NCBI GenBank assembly: GCA_965225855.1
Contig: CBDDCK010000005.1
Location: 1,952,001-2,016,000, forward strand
DNA: 64,000 nucleotides
Reading direction: 5' to 3'
Source of the DNA: Spirochaetia bacterium
Lineage (GTDB): Bacteria > Spirochaetota > Spirochaetia > SP-2023
The first letter of the stretch is position 1. Every line of letters starts with the position of its first letter. This document shows, in pieces, positions 19,272 through 29,103 of this stretch. Below the pieces are notes generated by a model. That model had not been told where the DNA came from. It saw nothing but the letters and a program-made list of their open reading frames with translations, and did not search any database. Both the position numbers and the translations under genes were made by a program.

Positions 19272-20111
19272 ATGCTTGCGATGTTTCCACAACTAAATGG
19301 TACTGCCAGTTTTTTGCGCTATACAGACGATGCAGAAAGTGCTTATTTGCAAAAAATTGCCAAAACCGATGCTTGGAATAATGTGAACCAATGGTTAGTT
19401 CCTTCTTTAGCTTTGGCAACTTTTGTTATTGTTTATTGGCTTAACCGAAAAAAATTAGAAATTCTACTATACGGTAACCCAGCAAATTCTAATGAGCTTT
19501 TCACTTTTATTCATATAGCCATACAGTTTTTTATTGCATTGCTGCACATTGTGCTGCTAGCATATCTAGTTAAGCTCGTGCGTATTTTAGGCTATTTTCG
19601 TAAATCTAGTGAAAATGTACAAACAGCAGGAGAGCCAGAAATACATCAGCTCAATGACTATGTTATTTATAGGATAGCCGCTTGTCCCGATATGGCTTTG
19701 TCTTTGGTCTTGACCAGTCGCTCTGGCGTGCGGCGTTATCGTTGGCACTATTATTTAGATGAGGCGCCGATAACCCCTTTGCCACAACAGCGCAAGCTGC
19801 TACCGCTTTATGTCCAAAAGAAATCCTGGGAAAAATTAAGTGAATATAACCTAGAACAGCTTGCCCAAGTTTTTCCCGACAAAGTTTGGTTGAAACTTTG
19901 CCAAGAATCTGAACAGTATTGCAATTTGCGTTTTCATATTGCAGATGTACCATACTATGGTTTTCATTTTTACTATTTGTGTGCCATGGGCTTGGCTCCT
20001 AAAGATAATGATTTTTCAGATGCCAATCATAACAATGCTGAATTATCTGGCTTGGCTACACTACTTCAGGCTATACCTTCAGTTGATAACAAATATAAGA
20101 TATTGCCCTAG
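19272..20111 (+). CDS. Hypothetical membrane protein
   Basis: 279-aa ORF with two hydrophobic segments; no recognised motif. Confidence 0.6.
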   Translation: MLAMFPQLNGTASFLRYTDDAESAYLQKIAKTDAWNNVNQWLVPSLALATFVIVYWLNRKKLEILLYGNPANSNELFTFIHIAIQFFIALLHIVLLAYLVKLVRILGYFRKSSENVQTAGEPEIHQLNDYVIYRIAACPDMALSLVLTSRSGVRRYRWHYYLDEAPITPLPQQRKLLPLYVQKKSWEKLSEYNLEQLAQVFPDKVWLKLCQESEQYCNLRFHIADVPYYGFHFYYLCAMGLAPKDNDFSDANHNNAELSGLATLLQAIPSVDNKYKILP

Positions 20112-20168
20112 ATGATTTTATGGTTTTAATAAGAAAGAGACGAAACATAAGTGAATTAGGGGGAGCCA

Positions 20169-21209
20169 TTGGAGAAAAAACTGCCAGAGTTAACAGAGAT
20201 TATTTACAGACTGGAAGATTTCCATTCCAAAAATAATGTATGGTTGGATATTACCGAGGGGAAAATTATAGAATTGGCACCAGAAATTTTGGAAGCCAAG
20301 CCAGAATTACTAGGCGATAGTATTTTCCCTTTGCCTGATTGGTCATCGGGCCAAGGTTATGAATTGATGCAGAAATTTGCCAGTAGATACCAATACGATA
20401 ATGAATTACATAAAATATTGCGCAGTCGGCACCAAGTATTTAAACGTTATCGCAACTACTTAAAACTATATCCAGAATTAAAGCAGGCTTGGCATGATTT
20501 TAAAGAACAATATTTTTTTCAGTATCTACAATCATGGTATGCTTGCGAATTTCCTAAAGCGCGGGGCTTGCAAAAAGCATTGCAGGGTTTAAATTGCTCT
20601 TTACATTCAGCTATTGAGGGTAGAGATGGGAATCTAAAAAATTATTTGGGGTTGTTGGAAGAAGAAACAGAAGCGAGTCTAGTTGAATCCCTTTTGCCGG
20701 AAGATTTTGAATTTTGCGAGACGATAGGGGAAACGGCTGCTATGTTTTCTCAGCTTAGTATAACAGAAATTGAATTGCGTACTTTTGCCTTATTCCATTT
20801 CAGTGATGAGTACCATATTCTAAGTGGTTCACATTTCAAGCGTTTGCACAGCCTTTGTAACAATGTATTTTGGTTGAATCGTATCGATCTGGTAAGCCCT
20901 GCGGGGGATTGTATTGCTAGTTTGTATTGGGCTTGGCACAAAGCGATGCAACCCAAATGCCAACCAGAGGGCCACAACCAAGCGCGATTGATTATGTGTA
21001 TCAGCAATAAAGAATATACCCAACTCAAATTAGAAAACCATCTGTTGAGCTATTTTTTATCACAACGACAAAAATATGGTATACAAATAGTCGAGCTCCA
21101 TCTTAGTTGTGCTGCTGAAAAGTTTTATACAGAAACACTATTGGAATATCAATTAGAACAAAAAGGCAGAATCTGCCATATATCTTTTAGCTCTGAAAAA
21201 ATTAGATAG
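20169..21209 (+). CDS. UPF0158 family protein
   Basis: LPDWSSGQGYELMQKFA...ELHKILRSRHQVFKRYRNYLKLYPELKQAWHDFKE. Confidence 0.7.
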   Translation: MEKKLPELTEIIYRLEDFHSKNNVWLDITEGKIIELAPEILEAKPELLGDSIFPLPDWSSGQGYELMQKFASRYQYDNELHKILRSRHQVFKRYRNYLKLYPELKQAWHDFKEQYFFQYLQSWYACEFPKARGLQKALQGLNCSLHSAIEGRDGNLKNYLGLLEEETEASLVESLLPEDFEFCETIGETAAMFSQLSITEIELRTFALFHFSDEYHILSGSHFKRLHSLCNNVFWLNRIDLVSPAGDCIASLYWAWHKAMQPKCQPEGHNQARLIMCISNKEYTQLKLENHLLSYFLSQRQKYGIQIVELHLSCAAEKFYTETLLEYQLEQKGRICHISFSSEKIR

Positions 21210-21763
21210 CAGAGAATTTTTCTATATATATCTGGATAATAAAAACAATTTGTTTGGCATCTGTACCATCATTGTATCGCCTAGAAAATAAGCCTTGTCT
21301 TAGCTTTGTCTTCTGGTTTGAATATTTGCAGCATTTGGGCTCATGTATGGCATTTATTTTGTCCTCTGTAAGCTAACGATGAGTTACTTTAGTAAATACT
21401 TCTAGGCGTTTCGTTTCTTCTTTAGCTTTCTTGGGATAGCTCTAATTTAGTCTGCTCACTTATATCGTCTCCATAGCAGATAAATAATTAAAAAGCAACA
21501 ATAGCCCCCCACCCAATAACTGCCCCAGCCCCACCCAACACCCCAAAGCAACAAACCCGATCAACACTGTATGGCCAAAGTTGTTTGCGCAAAGCGCTTT
21601 CGGTATATATCCAGAAGAGCCGCAAGGTAAAGGCGAAAGGGCTTCAGATAAAAAACCCTAAAACATAGCCAAACGATTATTAATGATAGGCTGGTAAAAG
21701 AAATTTTAGCTAAGGCTAAAGCAGAACAATACCGATAAATAAATACCCCAGCCCCCTCTAACC

Positions 21764-21879
21764 ATAGAATTACCTCGCACCTATATAATAGAATCGACCT
21801 AATTCTATCAATAGATTTACCTCGCACCTATTGATAGAATTGACCTAAATCTATCAATAGAATTACCTCCCACCTATTA
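21764..21879. repeat. 23-bp-period alternating A/B repeat array (46-bp unit with 11-bp inverted repeat), 5 subunits
   Basis: ATAGA starts at 21764, 21788, 21811, 21834 and 21857; CTATTGATAGA-N11-TCTATCAATAG. Confidence 0.9.
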
Positions 21880-21911
21880 ATACCCTAGTCTTTAATGAAA
21901 TTTTCTACATC

Positions 21912-22036
21912 GGCACATAATCCACGACCTATACAACAATCATCGGAAATCGTTGCCCAAATTCTGAACGCCCCTGAAAGAATAATATCCTGTTTTCATT
22001 TTCATTAAATGTTTCACCTTTTGGAGATTGCCCCAT
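21912..22036 (-). pseudogene. Relic of type I RM specificity subunit (hsdS) fragment
   Basis: Minus strand reads MGQSPKGETFNENENRILFFQGRSEFGQRFP then, frameshifted, CCIGRGLCA; both are typical HsdS motifs. Confidence 0.75.
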
Positions 22037-22242
22037 AGTGTAATCGAAGTGTAATCGAAGTGTAATCAAGTATTTTATTCAATTCTACACTTTCCCACCC
22101 CAAAGGCCAAACAAAGGCCCTTAAGCCTTTTGATTTCAACACCCACAAGCCTTTTGATTGGCATGGATTTTTAACTACCTTACAACACTAAGGACCTAAC
22201 AAAAAAAGCACAAAAAAACTTACAAAAAGCCTTATATAGGCC

Positions 22243-22268
22243 TTGACGCAACACCCCCCTAGCAAAAT
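22243..22268 (+). promoter_or_regulatory. Putative sigma70 promoter with C6 tract (lipoprotein copy 2)
   Basis: TTGACG-CAACA-C6-TAG-CAAAAT. Confidence 0.5.
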
Positions 22269-22331
22269 GGGGCACTATGCACTAGCCCGTATGGGTTGGT
22301 TAATCTTTATCCATTTTTGGAGGTATTGCTT

Positions 22332-24092
22332 ATGTATAAGCACAAACTACTTTTATTGCCTGTAGCCTGGCTACTGGCCTTTATGGCCTTGGCCTGCGCC
22401 CCACCCGATGACGATGATCGATCTTCTGCGCCGTCTAAGCCGACTATCAATAACGCCATCTACGACTTTGCTACGGCTCTGTTAACCGTACAAGGTACTC
22501 ACTTAAGTCCTACAGAAGCCCAAATCCAAACCATCGTAGTAGATGGCGTAGCCTTCAGTTCCTATACTGCAGATGACGATGCCACTGGGGTAAATAGTAA
22601 AGGTCTTGAACAAGGTAAGTACCGTATTAAAAGCGATGGCACAGCGCTTTGGCTTAGACTTACCGATGACGATAAAGCTGCTCTGAATGGCAAGACAGGT
22701 ATGGATAGCAATGGTCTAAAAAAAGGGTTGCTTAGCGTTGCCTCTGGTGCTTGGGCGGGTTTAAATACAGCCAAAGACTTGGAAGTTAGGAATGTACCCG
22801 AAAATAAGCAGTCTAAAGTATCCGATGACAATCAGCCATCTAAGCAAACTGAAGACGAACAAGCTGAACAAGCTGAAGAGGAGTCGCCTAAGCAACCTAA
22901 AGACGAAGAAGACGAACAAGATGAAGAAGTCGAACAAGCTGAACAAACCGAAGAAGTCGAAGATAAGCAGTCTAAGACCGAAGCCGAAGAGGATTCGCCT
23001 AAAGCTGCAATTACCGGTGCAACCTACAATGTTGGCACGGCGCTGTTAACCTTGCAAGGTACTCACTTAAGTCCTACAGAAGCCCAAATCCAAACCATCG
23101 TAGTAGATGGGGTAGCCTTAAGTTCCTATATTGCAGATGCCACAGCCACTGGGCCAGATAGTCGCAGTCTTGCAAAAGGTAAGTACCGCATGAAAAGCGA
23201 TGGCACAGCGCTTTGGCTTTACCTTACCGATCAACATAAAGCTACTCTGAATGGCAAGACAGGTATGGATAGCAATGGTCTAAAAGAAGGGTTGCTTAGC
23301 GTTGGCACTGGTGCTTGGGGAGGTTTAGATACAGCCAAAGACTTGGCCGTTAGTGGAAACCCCGCACCCACAATTACCAGTGCAACCTACAATGCTATTA
23401 CAGGCGTGTTAGTGATTACAGGTACTAATTTACCAGCAGCATTTACAGGCTGGGACTTTAGCAAATTGAGGTTTGTCGCAGGTGATGGTCGTACTAAGAG
23501 TCTCTCATTATCCCCGCATACAACCGCAGGTGAAGATAGAGCCACAGGTTCTGCAGCAAGTGTAACAAGCTTAACGATTACTTTAACGGGTAATGAAAAA
23601 GCCAAAGCCAATGCTATATTGGTTAAGGATGGTGATAGTGATAATGCTGGTGCATACAACCTGGAAGCAGCAGCAGGATTTGCAGGTGGTAGCGCTGAAG
23701 ACACAAGCAGCCCTATTACCGTTAGTGGCTACGCAAGCCAGCTCACCGAAGTACAATACTATTCTAGTTCAGGCAAGTTAATTATTTTAGGTAGCAGGTT
23801 ACCGACAACAATTGCAGAGTGGGACTTTAGCAAATTGACGCTTGTATCCGGTGATGGTAAGAAGAGATACCCATTACCCCAGCACGCAGTAGGTGAAGAC
23901 ACAGCCACAGGTTCTGCAGCAAATACAAGAGGCGTAATTATTATTTTAAGCGGTAGTGTAAAAGCGGAAGTCGAGAAGATACTGGTTCAGATTGGTGGTA
24001 ATGATGATGCTGGTAACTACAACCTGGAAGCAGCAGCAGGATTTGTAACGGGTAAGCCAGAAGACCCAACCACTGGTATAACAAGGTTTTAA
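22332..24092 (+). CDS. Modular surface lipoprotein, paralog 2 (A - acidic linker - A - B - B)
   Basis: Near-identical signal and lipobox (MALA-C APPDDDD) and same modules as 9124-11043; ATG after GGAGG (ORF track starts at 22296). Confidence 0.85.
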   Translation: MYKHKLLLLPVAWLLAFMALACAPPDDDDRSSAPSKPTINNAIYDFATALLTVQGTHLSPTEAQIQTIVVDGVAFSSYTADDDATGVNSKGLEQGKYRIKSDGTALWLRLTDDDKAALNGKTGMDSNGLKKGLLSVASGAWAGLNTAKDLEVRNVPENKQSKVSDDNQPSKQTEDEQAEQAEEESPKQPKDEEDEQDEEVEQAEQTEEVEDKQSKTEAEEDSPKAAITGATYNVGTALLTLQGTHLSPTEAQIQTIVVDGVALSSYIADATATGPDSRSLAKGKYRMKSDGTALWLYLTDQHKATLNGKTGMDSNGLKEGLLSVGTGAWGGLDTAKDLAVSGNPAPTITSATYNAITGVLVITGTNLPAAFTGWDFSKLRFVAGDGRTKSLSLSPHTTAGEDRATGSAASVTSLTITLTGNEKAKANAILVKDGDSDNAGAYNLEAAAGFAGGSAEDTSSPITVSGYASQLTEVQYYSSSGKLIILGSRLPTTIAEWDFSKLTLVSGDGKKRYPLPQHAVGEDTATGSAANTRGVIIILSGSVKAEVEKILVQIGGNDDAGNYNLEAAAGFVTGKPEDPTTGITRF

Positions 24093-24204
24093 ATTGGTAA
24101 GTAGGGTTTCTTTTAACCTCGCTTGCCCAATAGCTCTTAGAGCAGCTAAGTGAAAGCTAGCGGGAGGCCAACCAAGTAAATGCGGTAAGCAATGCTTGGT
24201 TGGC

Positions 24205-24290
24205 CTGTTGTTGGGCATTAAGAGAGTTTCTTAATGCCCAACAACAGAATTTCTTAATAACTAACAAGAGAAACTTTGGCCAAGCCTTGC
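24205..24290. repeat. 19-bp perfect hairpin plus 23-bp repeat units (AAGAGAGTTTCTTAATGCCCAAC family)
   Basis: CTGTTGTTGGGCATTAAGA-GAGTT-TCTTAATGCCCAACAACAG at 24205-24247; units at 24220, 24243 and 24266. Confidence 0.85.
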
Positions 24291-24355
24291 TTGCCTTTTG
24301 GGTGGGCACTATGGCTAGCAACTCACTACCAAGCGGGTAGTGGCTTACGATAACG

Positions 24356-24700
24356 GTGATGGAATTAGCCCAGTTAAATGAGTATTTGGACTTGGCTTTG
24401 AATATTGGTATTAATCAAGTAGATAATATTCAGTTGCAAGTTCAAGATCAAGCAAAATACCAGATGCAGGCTCGCTTAGCGGCAATAGAGGATGCCCAGA
24501 AAAAAGCTGAATTGCTAGCAGAGGGCTTTGGCAAAAAGCTAGGGGCAATTTGGCAGGTACGCTATAACAACCATTCAGTCAGCCAGCCTCTACAACGGGG
24601 TAAAGCGATGATGTTGAATTGACCAGCGCAGATCAATAGCTATCAAGATACAACTTTAACCATTTGCGACCAAGTTGATGTGATATATAGGCTTGACTAA
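24356..24700 (+). pseudogene. 5'-truncated SIMPL (DUF541/YggE-like) gene with in-frame stop
   Basis: LNEYLDLALNIGINQVDNIQL...ARLAAIEDAQKKAELLAEGFG; after TGA at 24620 the frame continues SYQDTTLTICDQVDVIYRLD*. Confidence 0.8.
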
Positions 24701-24812
24701 ACTAGAATCAATCATTGTTTTTGTGTTATAATTTGTCAAACTTTTGCTAGCCTCTTGGGCTTGATGTGTTTATCTTTAGTCAAAATCAAAATCAATTTAG
24801 AAAGGATTTTTT

Positions 24813-26732
24813 ATGGGAAAATGTAAGTTTAAAACCGAAGTGAAACAGATTTTAGACTTGGTGGTCCATTCACTCTATTCAAATCGCGAAATCTTTTTGC
24901 GTGAATTAATCTCCAATTCATCAGATGCGATTGACAAATTAAAATATCTTACATTGACAGATGAGGCATATAAAAATTTAAACTTCAGTCCAAAGATTGA
25001 AATCAAGCTCAATGAAGATGGTAGACAGCTGCAAATCATGGACAATGGTATTGGCATGAATGCAAAAGACCTAGAAGAAAATCTAGGTACTATTGCCAGT
25101 AGTGGTACCAAAAAATTCCTTAATTCTTTGGGTGATGACCAAAAGAAAGGCTCTAATTTAATTGGTCAGTTTGGTGTTGGTTTTTATTCGGCTTTTATGG
25201 TGGCCGAGAAAGTGGAAGTTCTAAGCCTTAAAGTTCTAAGCGAACAAGCTTTTCTATGGTCCAGTGATGGTAGTGAAGAATATATTCTTAAAGAGGCTGT
25301 GCGTGAAGAAGGGCAAGGGACTACGGTTACCCTCTATTTTAATGAAGATGCCCAAGGTAGCGAGGGCTTTAATACTCGCTGGAGCTTGGAGCGCGTGATC
25401 CAAAAGTATTCAAATCATGTTGCTTTTCCCATCTATCTAACTTCTTTTCAAGATCAATATGATGAAGAGGGCAACAAAAAGCAAGAAAAAGAATGCCGGC
25501 AAGAGCAATGCAATACCGCTTCAGCTTTGTGGAAACGCTCTAAGTCTGAAATCAAAGAAGAAGAATATAAAGAATTTTTCAACAGTTTGGCCCACGATAC
25601 AGGCGAGCCTTTGCACACCATTCATACAAAAGCTGAAGGCACTCTAGAATATACATCTTTGTTCTTTGTTCCAGAGAAAGCTCCTTTTGATATGTATCAA
25701 GCGGACTACCGTTCTGGGCTAAAATTGTATGTACGGCGTGTTTTTATCAGTGATGATAATCGAGAATTTTTGCCTGTTTACTTGCGTTTTGTACGGGGGA
25801 TTATTGATTCTGAAGACTTGCCGCTCAATGTTAGCCGTGAGATATTGCAGCAAAATAAGATATTGCAGCAGATCAGAAAAGCATCGGTCAAGAAAATACT
25901 TTCTGAGTTTGATCTGCTTAGTCGCAATGACACAGAAAAATACATTCAGTTTATTGAGCAATATAATCGCCCTCTAAAAGAAGGTTTGTACAGTGATTAC
26001 GAGAATCGCGAAGAATTGCAACAACTATTGCGCTTCCGCTCCACCGAAACTATTGGCAAAGAAGGTATGGAAAAATGGACATCGCTGAAGGAATATTGTA
26101 GCCGTATGAAAGACGGCCAGCAAAGTATTTATTATATTACTGGACACAAAGCCGAACAGCTTAGCAACTCTCCTCTGTTGGAGGCCTATAAGAAAAAAGG
26201 TTTTGAGGTTTTAATCTTGGATGATGAAATCGATGAAATTATCTCTCAACAGCTAGGTCCTTATAAGGTGGAAGAAAAACATATTCCAGTTAAAGGGGTC
26301 AATCGCAGTGATAGTACGGACGAACTGAAAGACGAAGAAAGCGAAAAAGAGCAAGAGTCGAAAAGTAAAGAATATAGTGCTTTGCTCGAAAAGTTTAAGG
26401 ACATTCTCAAAGAAGAAGTCAAAGATGTAAAACTTTCGTTGCGTTTGACTGAATCTCCAGCTTGTGTGGTCGATGATCAAAATGATCCAAGTGCCCAATT
26501 GCAGCAAATGATGCGCTCGATGGGGCAAGAAGCTCCTCAGGCTAAACCAATTTTAGAGCTCAATCCCAACCATGCCATTATTCAAAAGCTCCAAGGCAAA
26601 GTAGAAAATGAAGATATTCATGATCCAGCTTACTTATTGTTGGAACAAGCTCTACTTGCTGCTGGGCTAGTTATTGCTGATCCATTAGCGATGTCGAAGC
26701 GCATTGGTCGGCTTATGCAACAAAGCTTATAG
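24813..26732 (+). CDS. htpG: Molecular chaperone HtpG (Hsp90)
   Basis: SLYSNREIFLRELISNSSDA, LIGQFGVGFYSAF, DLPLNVSREILQ. Confidence 0.98.
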   Translation: MGKCKFKTEVKQILDLVVHSLYSNREIFLRELISNSSDAIDKLKYLTLTDEAYKNLNFSPKIEIKLNEDGRQLQIMDNGIGMNAKDLEENLGTIASSGTKKFLNSLGDDQKKGSNLIGQFGVGFYSAFMVAEKVEVLSLKVLSEQAFLWSSDGSEEYILKEAVREEGQGTTVTLYFNEDAQGSEGFNTRWSLERVIQKYSNHVAFPIYLTSFQDQYDEEGNKKQEKECRQEQCNTASALWKRSKSEIKEEEYKEFFNSLAHDTGEPLHTIHTKAEGTLEYTSLFFVPEKAPFDMYQADYRSGLKLYVRRVFISDDNREFLPVYLRFVRGIIDSEDLPLNVSREILQQNKILQQIRKASVKKILSEFDLLSRNDTEKYIQFIEQYNRPLKEGLYSDYENREELQQLLRFRSTETIGKEGMEKWTSLKEYCSRMKDGQQSIYYITGHKAEQLSNSPLLEAYKKKGFEVLILDDEIDEIISQQLGPYKVEEKHIPVKGVNRSDSTDELKDEESEKEQESKSKEYSALLEKFKDILKEEVKDVKLSLRLTESPACVVDDQNDPSAQLQQMMRSMGQEAPQAKPILELNPNHAIIQKLQGKVENEDIHDPAYLLLEQALLAAGLVIADPLAMSKRIGRLMQQSL

Positions 26733-26850
26733 TCGTTTTAAATATTCAAACCGGTTTTGGTTAATTTTTGATTTTTTCAATTTCAGTACCGATTTGTCAT
26801 TTTATATTGGTATTTTCTGTTGGTTTTGTACCCCATATTTTGAGTAATAT

Positions 26851-27411
26851 ATGAGTTCGATTTCGCAATTATCTTTTGTTTCTCCTACAAAATTAGCGGA
26901 AGTAACCAGTAAATTGTCAGGAAAAGCAGAAGTCTGCCTTTCTGTTCCTGTGTCCGTAGATATTTCTTATTTGGAGACTGGCACTATTGTTTTGCTTTCT
27001 GGCACTATATATACCGCTCGAGATGCGGCGCATAAACTTATGATAGAAGGGTTAAAACAAAATTTGCCTTTGCCTTTTAATCCTGTGGGTCAAATTATTT
27101 ATTATACTGGCCCCACACCTGAGCGTGCAGGCGAAGTTATTGGTTCGGCAGGCCCAACTAGTAGTTACCGTATGGACCCTTACACCCCTGTTTTGTTGGA
27201 GCGAGGGCTAAAAGGGTGCATTGGCAAAGGCGAGCGTGGCTGTATGGAGGCTTTTGCCCTGTACGGCGCAAAGTATTTTTTAGCGGTAGGGGGTACTGGA
27301 GCCTTGATTTCTAAATGCATTAAGGCTTCGCGTGTTATCGCTTATGAAGAGTTGGGCACAGAAGCAATTCGTGAATTGCAAGTAGAGAACATGCGTGTGA
27401 TTGTTGCATGA
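26851..27411 (+). CDS. Fe-S hydro-lyase beta subunit (class I fumarate hydratase / tartrate dehydratase beta)
   Basis: LSGTIYTARDAAHK, IYYTGPTP, GPTSSYRMD, EELGTEAI. Confidence 0.9.
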   Translation: MSSISQLSFVSPTKLAEVTSKLSGKAEVCLSVPVSVDISYLETGTIVLLSGTIYTARDAAHKLMIEGLKQNLPLPFNPVGQIIYYTGPTPERAGEVIGSAGPTSSYRMDPYTPVLLERGLKGCIGKGERGCMEAFALYGAKYFLAVGGTGALISKCIKASRVIAYEELGTEAIRELQVENMRVIVA

Positions 27412-27428
27412 TTTGTTTATGTAATTTT

Positions 27429-29078
27429 TTATAACCAAAAATTCTCAATATCTATATCTGTGAATATCCGGTGCTTTTCTTGGAGCTGTTTGAGCCAATG
27501 GTTATCCAATTTTCGGCGGGCAAGTCCTTGCAATATTGTTAGAGTGTTTTTAATGTGCTCGCTTGTTCTGGTAGTTGCATAATCTTTGTTCGTATCAGAC
27601 TTTATCATAAAAGCCCAATCGGAAGCACAAGCTAAACAGAATTCCCGAATCAGCTGCTTGATAGCTTGTTGTAGACAAAATCCATATTCTTCGTTTTGAT
27701 TATTTCTGTTTTCCTGTTGATTCAATTTTGATTTATAGTCTAAAATAACTTCTATACTTTCGTATAGTTCAAATAATTGAGAGTATATCCAATCATTTTT
27801 TTGGTCAAGCCAAACTTGAGCATAACCATCTCGCCCCCAGCTACTAAAGCAAGGATTCAAAGTCTGAAAACAGTATTCTTTTTGTAAGTATTCACTAGGC
27901 GTTATAAACTTGAGACTAATTTTATCCGTTTTTTGCTGTTCATGGTTGGAGCGAAATAACTGCTCTAAAAAATGTGGGCCTTCATGCCACCAGTGGCCAA
28001 AAAGTTCGGCATCGTAAACTGTACTAATCAAAGTTTGTTTGTTCATCAACAGACTTGCTTTTTGGCTGTGATCCCAAAGATGCTGTAAAAAATTCAACGA
28101 GTGCTGTTTGGTCAAAGTCAAAGCCTTATCTTTTTCATAAGGAGAATTGCAAACATTGCTTTTGCTATCGTGCTGTTGTTCAATGCGCCACAGTTTTATG
28201 CCTGTATAATAGCGCAAATTACCAAATGGCAGATATGGGCTCAATACTTCTAAATCCGCTTTATAACCGACATCTTGGTAAAAATCTCTGTAAGCTTTTG
28301 CCCCTGGATAACCGATATGTTGATCCCAAATAATGGCAGAACTAGCTTGTTCCCGCGGGAATAGAATTAAACCTTCCGGGCTTTGGATAGGTGCAAAGCT
28401 ACCATATTTTGGCAATTGGGAATTGCCCAGCATACCGTGTAAAGTGATGTAACAATAACGGATTCCTTCTTTTAGTAAAAGTTTATCAAGACCATCGTAG
28501 TAACCACATTCGGGCAACCAAATACCCAGAGATTCTTGATTGCCAAAGTGCTTTTCAAAGGTGGCAATGGCTAATCGCAATTGTTGGCGTATTAACTTGG
28601 GGTACTCTTGGAAATTCGGTAGAAATGCATGGGTTGCACTTGTACACAATAAATCTAACATACCCTTATCGCGGTACTGGCGAAAGGCGGGAATTAAATT
28701 GCATTGATATTGTTTCTCAAATAGTAAAGCACTTTTTTGATAGAATTTTAAATAATCATCTAAAACTTGTCGTTCTGCTTCGAGACATTGCCAATTCTGC
28801 ATTAAAGTTTTACACAAAGCCGATTGGCGTTCGAGGTATTCAAGATAGCGAACTTGTAATTCTGGGTAGTCTAGCATGGCCAATAATGTCGATGAGATAG
28901 ATATTGCTAGACGACAGGGAATATTATCATTTTCCAAACGTTGGAACAGCTGTAATAAAGGTATATAAGTTTCGCTAATGGCTTCAAAAAACCAATTTTC
29001 TTCTAAAAATGAAGGATGCTCTGGGTGGTAAACATAGGGAAGGTGTGCATTTAAAAGAATACTAAAATAGTTATCCAT
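27429..29078 (-). CDS. GH57 1,4-alpha-glucan branching enzyme (DUF1957)
   Basis: LNAHLPYV, EAISETYIPL, GIWLPECGY, YDAELFGHWWHEGP, ASDWAF. Confidence 0.92.
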   Translation of the reverse strand: MDNYFSILLNAHLPYVYHPEHPSFLEENWFFEAISETYIPLLQLFQRLENDNIPCRLAISISSTLLAMLDYPELQVRYLEYLERQSALCKTLMQNWQCLEAERQVLDDYLKFYQKSALLFEKQYQCNLIPAFRQYRDKGMLDLLCTSATHAFLPNFQEYPKLIRQQLRLAIATFEKHFGNQESLGIWLPECGYYDGLDKLLLKEGIRYCYITLHGMLGNSQLPKYGSFAPIQSPEGLILFPREQASSAIIWDQHIGYPGAKAYRDFYQDVGYKADLEVLSPYLPFGNLRYYTGIKLWRIEQQHDSKSNVCNSPYEKDKALTLTKQHSLNFLQHLWDHSQKASLLMNKQTLISTVYDAELFGHWWHEGPHFLEQLFRSNHEQQKTDKISLKFITPSEYLQKEYCFQTLNPCFSSWGRDGYAQVWLDQKNDWIYSQLFELYESIEVILDYKSKLNQQENRNNQNEEYGFCLQQAIKQLIREFCLACASDWAFMIKSDTNKDYATTRTSEHIKNTLTILQGLARRKLDNHWLKQLQEKHRIFTDIDIENFWL

Positions 29079-29103
29079 ACATCAAATCCGAGCTTAGATA
29101 ATT

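Noticed and set aside
21655..21738. Plus-strand peptide ...TIINDRLVKEILAKAKAEQYR* at the left edge of the shared block
   Set aside because: May be another gene's 3' relic but is too short to assign
21561..21827. Minus-strand ORFs 21561-21827 and 54283-54552
   Set aside because: They start inside the repeat array, diverge where the shared block ends, and have no RBS or recognisable motif
24620..24622. In-frame TGA in the SIMPL relic as selenocysteine or alternative genetic code
   Set aside because: The gene is already 5'-truncated, and TGA terminates intact genes here (e.g. 27411, 38267, 43743)
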